Below are positions 14,739-20,717 of a stretch of 20,717 bases of DNA, in pieces. The notes beneath the pieces are model-generated. The model worked only from the letters and a program-made list of their open reading frames with translations, had not been told where the DNA came from and did no database searches. Every line of letters starts with the position of its first letter. Position 1 is the stretch's first letter. The translations under genes and the position numbers were made by a program. The stretch lies in UHGV virus genome UHGV-1961940; one strand, written 5' to 3'. This DNA is from a virus.

Positions 14739-15634
14739 ACCCTCGCATAAATTAAACTTGTATCAGTATACTTCTTTAATGGGTAAATATCCTGTCCATA
14801 GATGCAATCATTAAACACCTCATCTACCCAAAGGCTACACTTATATCCCATCATTTCTAAAACACCCATCTCTTCTTCGGTAAACTTATCACCGCTCTTG
14901 CAAGATGTCAATACCTCATTCTGAACTCTTGCTACCTCGAAGCGGTTATTGGCAATATCGCTATTGGCGATCAAATACTCACCTAGAGGGTGTGCGGCAT
15001 TAAAGATGCACAGTGGACGGCTGACGTAATAGTCTCCAGGTGTATAAAAATTGTTGAGGTCTTTCACTAGAACATTCTTATCAGTCACTTCATTTATAAC
15101 ATCATGCATATCGCACATCTTTATATGTTTGAGGATTCCATCCCCCATCACAAAATAAAAACTTGCTGAGACACTTTCGGCATAGATCTTACTAGATCCG
15201 TTGTAGTTGTATTTTACTCGGATGCTAACGGGGGTTTTTCCTGTCGCGTTAGCCATCATCCAAAGAAATGGCAGCTCATACTTCTCCTCTGAGGAAACAA
15301 AAGGTGAGGTAGCCAGAGATCGAAAACCTCCAGAGAAGTTGAAAGTTACAGAACCGCTCCGGCGGTATGATACCGCGTATTCTACTTTTATATCGACATA
15401 CCCATTGGAATAGGTGTGTCCTTCATTATCTAAATATGTCCACTTATCAGACCCAGATACCAATCTACGCTCAATAACCTTCATCACTATAGGAATTAAT
15501 GGGTTGGTACAAACCGCTTTTGAAGTAGCTTTATCATCTAAAGCCTCGTAAATTGCAGAAAGGATGTCCCCAGCTGAAAGATTGGTTGTTATGTCCTGTT
15601 TCCACCGCGTACTAAAACTGTTAAGATTTGCCAT
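14735..15634 (-). CDS. Hypothetical protein (299 aa), first gene of the leftward operon, AT-rich
   Basis: AGGAG SD 9 nt before ATG 15634, downstream of the near-consensus promoter. Spot counts of single 60-nt lines give about 32-33% G+C, against about 47-52% in lines from neighbouring genes. No motif recognised. Confidence 0.7.
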   Translation of the reverse strand: MANLNSFSTRWKQDITTNLSAGDILSAIYEALDDKATSKAVCTNPLIPIVMKVIERRLVSGSDKWTYLDNEGHTYSNGYVDIKVEYAVSYRRSGSVTFNFSGGFRSLATSPFVSSEEKYELPFLWMMANATGKTPVSIRVKYNYNGSSKIYAESVSASFYFVMGDGILKHIKMCDMHDVINEVTDKNVLVKDLNNFYTPGDYYVSRPLCIFNAAHPLGEYLIANSDIANNRFEVARVQNEVLTSCKSGDKFTEEEMGVLEMMGYKCSLWVDEVFNDCIYGQDIYPLKKYTDTSLIYARV

Positions 15635-15674
15635 AAGTAAGTGCTCCTATGTTAGTTTTCTTTCGAATGGGTGC

Positions 15675-15703
15675 ACTATATTGTGGAGTTAGAGTAAAGT
15701 CAA
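15675..15703 (-). promoter_or_regulatory. Leftward sigma-70/SigA-type promoter
   Basis: The minus strand reads TTGACT (15703-15698), a 17-nt spacer, then TATAGT (15680-15675). This places a start site about 35 nt upstream of ATG 15634, so the SD lies in the leader. Confidence 0.55.
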
Positions 15704-15716
15704 CACGTTTTTGATG

Positions 15717-15745
15717 TTGACATCTGTTGAGACAATTGATACGAT
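15717..15745 (+). promoter_or_regulatory. Rightward sigma-70/SigA-type promoter with extended -10
   Basis: TTGACA (15717-15722), a 17-nt spacer, then TGaTACGAT (TG at 15737-15738, -10 at 15740-15745). Its -35 lies 13 nt from the -35 of the leftward promoter. Confidence 0.45.
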
Positions 15746-15776
15746 TTCTTCACTTACAGAGCACGAGAGACGACTC

Positions 15777-16754
15777 ATGAATCTTGAAAAATATTATACA
15801 CCAGAAGAGTTAGAGCGCTTGCTCAAAAAATATAGACGCAAACAGAATAACGCACGGAAACGAGATATAGAGTTCGACCTGTCATGGGAAGAATACCTCC
15901 TATTTGGTAAAAAACTTTTAGGAGATGGAGTATGCGACTATACCCTTATACCTTTTGACATGCACACAGATGAAAACGGGCTGGGGAATCCTTTCTACCC
16001 ATCCCTGGAGCGGATAGATGATGAAGGTCCTTATGCGGTTGATAACTGTTGTGTGGTGGGATTGAGATGCAACTCTCTAAAGGACTGTCTGGTAGATAAA
16101 AAGACTGCAGTCTTGATTAAAGACGAAACTGATCGAAAAATTGTCCAGCAGATGATGCTCCACCTGAGCGAAGAGCGTATGGAGAAATTGAAAGGTGATT
16201 ATACTTTTGAAGATTTCATCTTGCAATATGGAACGGAAGAGGATAAACTAGCACTCTTTGACGAAGAAGAGGAGGAAGATATGCTACCGATGTCTAAAGT
16301 TACTTATCGTGCACCCAAGAAGCACATTTCCGACATTGTAAACGAGCCTATCACAGAAGAGATTGAAGAAATGACGCAACAGGTGCATGAAGAGGAAAAA
16401 GAGACTCAGGAGGTCGAAGAGGAGCTTACAGAAGAGGTTCCTGCACTACCTGATGATGTTGAGATTGCCAAAGCTTACACTTTCTATTGTCAAACGTTCT
16501 ACGATGTAGGTATGAAAGTTGATCTGTCGTTCAGCCAATTTAAGAGTTCGTATATTCGCAAATGCTGTGCTTTAACTGGTGAACGTCTTGGAGCTGGACT
16601 TAAACCCCTGTTGGTGACCGACTGGAATAAAGGTTTCACTAAAGGAAACTTTATGGTAGTATCTCCAATTATGAAGAAAGCTATGACAGATCTTATGAAG
16701 ACCACCCGCATGACAATGACCGAGTTGGCAGGTATTTTCAAACACGTTAAATAA
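15777..16754 (+). CDS. Hypothetical protein with an internally duplicated domain separated by an acidic linker (325 aa from ATG 15777; the track ORF starts at TTG 15711)
   Basis: Two copies of a module are present. The first is RDIEFDLSWEEY...CDYTLIPF...PSLERIDDEGPYAVDNCCVV. The second is GMKVDLSFSQF...CALTGERL...LLVTDWNKGFTKGNFMVV. It resembles small phage HNH-associated, nuclease-like domains, but that assignment is uncertain. The TTG/ATG starts at 15711/15714 lie upstream of the predicted promoter, so the first ATG in the predicted transcript is 15777. Confidence 0.65.
   Translation: MNLEKYYTPEELERLLKKYRRKQNNARKRDIEFDLSWEEYLLFGKKLLGDGVCDYTLIPFDMHTDENGLGNPFYPSLERIDDEGPYAVDNCCVVGLRCNSLKDCLVDKKTAVLIKDETDRKIVQQMMLHLSEERMEKLKGDYTFEDFILQYGTEEDKLALFDEEEEEDMLPMSKVTYRAPKKHISDIVNEPITEEIEEMTQQVHEEEKETQEVEEELTEEVPALPDDVEIAKAYTFYCQTFYDVGMKVDLSFSQFKSSYIRKCCALTGERLGAGLKPLLVTDWNKGFTKGNFMVVSPIMKKAMTDLMKTTRMTMTELAGIFKHVK
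16285..16313 (+). repeat. Right copy of the perfect 29-bp inverted repeat
   Basis: TACCGATGTCTAAAGTTACTTATCGTGCA encodes (LP)MSKVTYRA in frame inside the 347-aa ORF. It is preceded by GAGGAGG and ATG at 16269-16283. Confidence 0.9.
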
Positions 16755-16758
16755 TGAC

Positions 16759-16775
16759 AGGGGCCAATGGCCCCT
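16759..16775 (+). promoter_or_regulatory. GC hairpin between the 347-aa ORF and the VWA gene (possible leaky terminator or attenuator)
   Basis: AGGGGCC-AAT-GGCCCCT forms a 7-bp stem, followed by TCTGGAGTTTTAATG. The first in-frame ATG (16767) lies in the loop. The U-tract is interrupted. Confidence 0.5.
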
Positions 16776-16787
16776 TCTGGAGTTTTA

Positions 16788-18248
16788 ATGGATAGCAGAA
16801 GTTCAGAAATCATTGCCTCGCAGAAAGATGATGCCCTGAGAATGTTGCAGGCTGCACGTATGTATCTCCTTGAAAAGCTGCCGTTTTATGGCACACTACT
16901 GTCAGGGTTGCAGTTCGTAGAAAACCACACATGGTGCTCCACCATGGCAACCGACCATAAACGCATCTATTACAGTCCTGAGTTCATTATGGGATTGGCT
17001 GATGAACGCAAGGCTATTCTTAAGGCTTCTCTAACTGACGAGCAGTTTGAGATGGCTGAAGTTTTCTATTCTCCAAAATCTGTGAAAGAGGTGGCCTTCC
17101 TTCTGTCACATGAGGTGGGGCATATTATCTGTGATCACCTAGTCCGTGGTAAAAGCTTTGAGCCGGAACTGTTCAATATTGCTTGTGATCACGTTATCAA
17201 CACAGGCCTTGTGGTTGACTTTAGCAAACCTCCTTGTGTTTTCTTCCCGAAGGGGAAAAGCACTACGTTCATGAAAGGTAAGCCTTTTGGCTTCTTAGCC
17301 AGCTGCTACTGCGACATGAAGTTTCATGGATGGATTGCTGAGAACGTTTATGCAGTTCTTGATAAGCAAAGAGATCAGAATAACGGTAAAAGTAAGAACG
17401 GTAAAGGTGAGAACTCTCAAAGTGATAAGCGACAAACCGATGATCACATGAGTGGGAACGGTGGCACCAGTGATAATCTTGGAAAGGCTATGGGGTATGA
17501 TCAGCCACAACCTGTAATCAGCCAATCTGATAAAGATCAGGCCATGCAGGACTCTGGTGATATGCTGGAGGCAGCAATGCAAGCGTCCGGAGGCCGTTGC
17601 CCTGAGGCGGTGCGTGAGTTTGTCAAGAACAGAGGTAAGCCTGTAATCAACTATATAGACATCATTAAGCAACGTATGTTGTCTAAAAGAAAGGCCGAAC
17701 TGACCTACAGAAAACCTGGTCGCCGATCTGGGTCTTTGACCAGCACAATGCGAAAAGTTGGGGCTATAAACAAGAACCAGCACGTTATTGTTCCTGGTCG
17801 TAATCCGGAAAACACTATAGATATTGTGGTGGCTTTAGACGTTTCTGGCTCGATCTCTCAAAGAACTTTAAAGAAAATGTTCAATGAAATCACCGGATTG
17901 TGCAATCTGTATAAAGAGTTTAAGGTTACAATGTTCTGTTGGTCAACTGAGGTTGGAGAGGTTAAAGTATACACTCGCGGCAACATAGACGAGATGGTCA
18001 ACTATGAGGTCCACTCAACATGGGGCACAACAGCTGCTTGCGTGTTCGAGTATCTGGATGCCAACATACCTAATGCAAAAGATGTCATCGTCCTGACCGA
18101 CCTATACTTTGAGCATAACTTTGAACAAAAGGTTGTTGACAACAAGTGGAAAAAGTACGATACTCTATGGGTCCTCACTGAGGGGTATAATAAAAATTAT
18201 ATCCCGAGCTTTGGGAAAACTGTGGAATTAATCGAGTACGCTAAGTAA
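16788..18248 (+). CDS. Putative metallopeptidase-VWA fusion protein (DUF2201-like), the typical partner of MoxR AAA+ ATPases
   Basis: The HExxH zinc motif is SHEVGHIICDH in the N-terminal half. A long Q/N/S/D/G-rich linker follows. The C-terminal VWA has the MIDAS motif VALDVSGS. ATG 16788 has a GGAG SD 5 nt upstream. The alternative ATG 16767 sits in the hairpin loop. Confidence 0.85.
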   Translation: MDSRSSEIIASQKDDALRMLQAARMYLLEKLPFYGTLLSGLQFVENHTWCSTMATDHKRIYYSPEFIMGLADERKAILKASLTDEQFEMAEVFYSPKSVKEVAFLLSHEVGHIICDHLVRGKSFEPELFNIACDHVINTGLVVDFSKPPCVFFPKGKSTTFMKGKPFGFLASCYCDMKFHGWIAENVYAVLDKQRDQNNGKSKNGKGENSQSDKRQTDDHMSGNGGTSDNLGKAMGYDQPQPVISQSDKDQAMQDSGDMLEAAMQASGGRCPEAVREFVKNRGKPVINYIDIIKQRMLSKRKAELTYRKPGRRSGSLTSTMRKVGAINKNQHVIVPGRNPENTIDIVVALDVSGSISQRTLKKMFNEITGLCNLYKEFKVTMFCWSTEVGEVKVYTRGNIDEMVNYEVHSTWGTTAACVFEYLDANIPNAKDVIVLTDLYFEHNFEQKVVDNKWKKYDTLWVLTEGYNKNYIPSFGKTVELIEYAK

Positions 18249-18263
18249 GAGAGGAGGTTATTT

Positions 18264-18527
18264 ATGGCAACAGAGTTAAAATTTGCATCAAACCGTAAAA
18301 CTAAGAAGTATCTGTCCTCAGTAGCTCCAGGCACTGTGGTGATGTTTGTTGATGAACTTGGGGATGTGAATACAGCACTTGTTGTAAAATCACATCCTGC
18401 AAACATATATGTTGGGGTATTTGACCTGTTCAGAAAGGTGTTTGTAGAACTGCCTCACAGTTTGGTTGTTACAGAAATGGATGCCTGCATAGAAATTCTT
18501 GGCGAAGTTATGGTGGAGGAACAATAA
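18264..18527 (+). CDS. Small protein, paralog 1 of a four-gene tandem family (87 aa)
   Basis: SD is GAGGAGG. It shares the pattern K..f..G.VV....d......mvV.......fDl......L.....Vte.D..I.IlGE with the next gene. Confidence 0.7.
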   Translation: MATELKFASNRKTKKYLSSVAPGTVVMFVDELGDVNTALVVKSHPANIYVGVFDLFRKVFVELPHSLVVTEMDACIEILGEVMVEEQ

Positions 18528-18790
18528 TGGCTACCAGCATTGTATTCAATTCTAAGGTGAAGAACAAAAAGCGTGCAGACAGTTTTCCGTGTGGGACCGT
18601 GGTAAGTTGCGACGGAGACGGCATTCAAAACATAGTTATGATTGTCAAAACAGGAGAACATTGTGTGTGGGGGTTCGATTTAGAAAATAATGAGTTGTAC
18701 GATCTGCCGCCAAACATGAAAGTTACAGAGCTTGACACCAAAATTACCATCCTTGGAGAGACAAGCTATTCAAAAGAAGGAGGAGAATAA
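18527..18790 (+). CDS. Small protein, paralog 2 (87 aa)
   Basis: TAATG coupling to the previous gene. Same length and pattern as paralog 1 (MAT..., GTVV, FDL, VTE(M/L)D, ILGE). Confidence 0.7.
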   Translation: MATSIVFNSKVKNKKRADSFPCGTVVSCDGDGIQNIVMIVKTGEHCVWGFDLENNELYDLPPNMKVTELDTKITILGETSYSKEGGE

Positions 18791-19053
18791 TGACCACAAA
18801 AATCACTATCGCAGAACCGAAAGCTAACACTCAGCCTATCGAAAAGTTTAAGTACGGTGAGGTGGTAACATTCACACCAGATAATGAAGATGCTAAGATT
18901 TTCGCAATGGTCACAGCTGAGTGGATGTGTGACAACACCACACAGGTTCTGCGTTTTGACACCTATCTTACCGATGAAATCAGGAACGACAAGATTGTGA
19001 CTGGTGTGGATACTGAGATTGTTTTCTACAAGAGCTTTTTAGAGGGTTTCTGA
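18790..19053 (+). CDS. Small protein, paralog 3 (87 aa, more divergent)
   Basis: TAATG coupling and the same length. Retains K(F/Y)..GEVVTF...FAMV...RFD...VTGVDTEI. Confidence 0.65.
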   Translation: MTTKITIAEPKANTQPIEKFKYGEVVTFTPDNEDAKIFAMVTAEWMCDNTTQVLRFDTYLTDEIRNDKIVTGVDTEIVFYKSFLEGF

Positions 19054-19054
19054 T

Positions 19055-19288
19055 ATGGCAAAAATTAGAAAATTATCTAGCAATCAGGTTGTGAAAGACT
19101 TCGAATCTGGAGAGATTCTTTATGTTCGTGATGCAGATGACGAAGGTGAAGATCTCGTTATGTTGGTGGGGCACGCTGAGGACGGATGCATCCAAGCTGT
19201 TTTTCTTGAAACAGCTATGGTGCACTGGATAGAGCTGGACCTGAAAGCACGAAAACCTAAAGCAGAAATCCTGATTTACGAAGATTAA
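19055..19288 (+). CDS. Small protein, paralog 4 (77 aa, most divergent)
   Basis: Starts 1 nt after the previous stop. Retains F.SGEILYV...LVMLV...AVFLE...ELD...ILIYE in the same order. Confidence 0.6.
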   Translation: MAKIRKLSSNQVVKDFESGEILYVRDADDEGEDLVMLVGHAEDGCIQAVFLETAMVHWIELDLKARKPKAEILIYED

Positions 19289-19304
19289 CAAAAAGGAGAT
19301 AGCC

Positions 19305-19754
19305 GTGTTGAGCAAACGTGAATGCGACAGCATTAGCCTGAATTCTTATAAGAAACAATGGTTTGGGGTGGAAGTTTGCCGACTGCGGCTAGGCTCCTAC
19401 CTGAACTTCGTTTATTATGAGAGTGACAGTCGTATCGTTTCTTATGAAGTGTTCTACACTAAGAACACATTCGAACTGCGCCGTAAAGTAGATGGCGGGA
19501 GAACTACCACCCAGAATAATTGGGAAACTATTCTGCCTCCAGATGTTATAGGAAGTCCCCTGAATGTATCTGAAGATGAAAATCTTATGGTTCATGCTAT
19601 GATGGGACTTGACAGCTTAGAGCTGGCAATCTATGATATGTCCATCGAAGCAGTTAAGCTGGACTACATCGAAAACACTTTAGAGGAAGGTATCAAGAAG
19701 TTTCTCAGTGAGAAATTAAAAGACCACTTTCATAAGGAGCTATATCTGTTATGA
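19305..19754 (+). CDS. Hypothetical protein (149 aa, GTG start)
   Basis: AAGGAG SD 6 nt before GTG 19305. No motif recognised. Confidence 0.65.
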   Translation: MLSKRECDSISLNSYKKQWFGVEVCRLRLGSYLNFVYYESDSRIVSYEVFYTKNTFELRRKVDGGRTTTQNNWETILPPDVIGSPLNVSEDENLMVHAMMGLDSLELAIYDMSIEAVKLDYIENTLEEGIKKFLSEKLKDHFHKELYLL

Positions 19755-19996
19755 AGACCCGTAAAGAACGTAACAAAATTTTACCTGGAGCTCTCGAACA
19801 CCTGATGAAGTGCAGATCTATTTGGCACTCTGCCAAGGAAGGGCAGAAGGTGGTTGTGGTTAGTGACAATACCAACCCGTTTGGAGATTATACCACCATG
19901 ATGGCCCCATATGTCCGTGATGGCGTTGTAGAAGTGGTCCCTTACAACGGTTTGCATGAACGGCACTTTGAAAGCACTTTGCTAGTGGAGCTATAG
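19751..19996 (+). CDS. Hypothetical protein (81 aa)
   Basis: ATGA overlap with the upstream gene. It may be a remote relative of the small-paralog family (GQKVVVVSD...VVEVVPY), but this is not established. Confidence 0.6.
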   Translation: MKTRKERNKILPGALEHLMKCRSIWHSAKEGQKVVVVSDNTNPFGDYTTMMAPYVRDGVVEVVPYNGLHERHFESTLLVEL

Positions 19997-19998
19997 TC

Positions 19999-20565
19999 AT
20001 GGCGGTCAATGTGGCTTACAACACAGGAAAGCTTGACAGAGACATTGGGTGTCTTGTCCTTTCAGATACAGAAGAGTATTGGGGTTATGGGTTGCTGTCA
20101 GACCCACACCCGAGCAACCTTGTATCAACAGTGCTATACCGCTACGACCCTGTGCCAACGGTACACGACAAAGACATTCACGACCTTCGGATCAAGTGTC
20201 TGGAAGATCTGCTGAACAATGGTTGCAACGATCTGCGGGTAGCCAAGGAGAAGCTTACAAACATTCACAAAGAGGAAGTGATGAGTACCCTCAGTAAAAG
20301 ATCAGTGCACAAAAAGATGATGCTGAACTTTGCAATGGGTATCTACATGGATGGGTATAAGGGAGGGGATCCGATCCTCAAGCTTCGCTGCCCGACACTG
20401 TGGGAAAGAGTGGTTGACAGTAAGGACGGTACTGCCCTGCTCGAACTCCACACTGCAGGTTGGATTTGGCGGTATGTAGACGGATACCCTCTGTGGGCAT
20501 GTGGACCTGGGGAATTTGTTGACAGACCTAGCGCGGTGGTGGACTTACTATTGCAGTTTGAATAA
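19999..20565 (+). CDS. Hypothetical protein (188 aa)
   Basis: GGAG SD. Starts 2 nt after the upstream stop. No motif recognised. Confidence 0.7.
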   Translation: MAVNVAYNTGKLDRDIGCLVLSDTEEYWGYGLLSDPHPSNLVSTVLYRYDPVPTVHDKDIHDLRIKCLEDLLNNGCNDLRVAKEKLTNIHKEEVMSTLSKRSVHKKMMLNFAMGIYMDGYKGGDPILKLRCPTLWERVVDSKDGTALLELHTAGWIWRYVDGYPLWACGPGEFVDRPSAVVDLLLQFE

Positions 20566-20622
20566 AAAGGTGAGTTATAAGGTATTCATACACCTACCAA
20601 CAATACAACAGGAGAGACTAAG

Positions 20623-20717
20623 ATGACGAAAGAAGAGGCCGACGTATTAGATTTTGCACTAGAGGCTACGCAGGAGGCTTTGGTGTTAGCTTGGAAAATG
20701 AACCAGCGTGCAGTGTG
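20623..20717 (+). CDS. Hypothetical protein, 5' part only (runs off the right edge)
   Basis: GGAGAG SD 6 nt before ATG 20623. Translation is MTKEEADVLDFALEATQEALVLAWKMNQRAV..., open to the window end. Confidence 0.5.
   Translation, partial: MTKEEADVLDFALEATQEALVLAWKMNQRAV

Larger units (their letters stand above)
711..20717. mobile_element. Phage-derived region (early/replication module), incomplete at both ends of what is visible
   Basis: The region holds a contiguous set of phage hallmark genes: gp4-like primase-helicase, gp5-like polymerase fragment, rIIA/rIIB, PIF1-type helicase, orphan methyltransferase and AAA+/VWA pair. Genes are densely packed and coupled. No structural or lysogeny genes are visible. 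Confidence 0.8.

Noticed and set aside
17295-17783. 162-aa minus-strand ORF (and the 104-aa ORF at 16499-16813)
   Set aside because: They are antisense to the VWA gene linker and to the 347-aa ORF. The low-complexity linker keeps the opposite frame open by chance.
1-20717. tRNA, rRNA, CRISPR arrays, DGR template/variable repeats, introns
   Set aside because: Intergenic gaps are all under about 190 nt and are accounted for. I saw no repeat-spacer periodicity, no reverse transcriptase and no cloverleaf-capable GC-rich 70-90-nt segments. A tRNAscan/Infernal run would be needed to be certain.

Overview
Most of this window (about 711-20717) looks like the early and replication region of a tailed phage. 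It is tightly packed, uses strong AGGAG-type Shine-Dalgarno sites, and has many translationally coupled genes with ATGA or TAATG overlaps.

A back-to-back promoter pair near 15.7 kb splits it into two arms:
- Leftward arm (minus strand, 15634 down to 711). It starts with an AT-rich 299-aa gene and a run of small, mostly acidic proteins. Then come a MoxR/CobS-type AAA+ ATPase, a signal-peptide SleB-family cell-wall hydrolase, an rIIA-like/rIIB-like pair, a PIF1/RecD-type SF1B helicase, an orphan type-III-Mod-like DNA methyltransferase, and more small ORFs. It ends with a T7 gp4-like primase-helicase and the N-terminal exonuclease part of a T7 gp5-like DNA polymerase.
- Rightward arm (plus strand, from about 15711). 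It holds a 347-aa ORF with an internally duplicated domain, a metallopeptidase-VWA protein (the usual partner of MoxR ATPases), four tandem paralogous small genes, and several hypothetical genes.

The left ~700 bp is different. It encodes an internal fragment of a bacterial FtsX/MacB-type ABC transporter permease. This fragment abuts the DNA polymerase gene, which is cut off mid-domain, so there is a fragment-to-fragment junction at about 712-795.

The most striking unexplained signal is a perfect 29-bp inverted repeat (14423-14451 and 16285-16313). Each copy lies in the 5' end of a coding region, and together they bracket the divergent promoter hub.

I saw no tRNA, rRNA, CRISPR array, integrase or recombinase. 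All homology calls come from motifs and remembered reference sequences (T4 rIIA/rIIB, T7 gp4/gp5, type III Mod, PIF1, MoxR, SleB). No database search was run.
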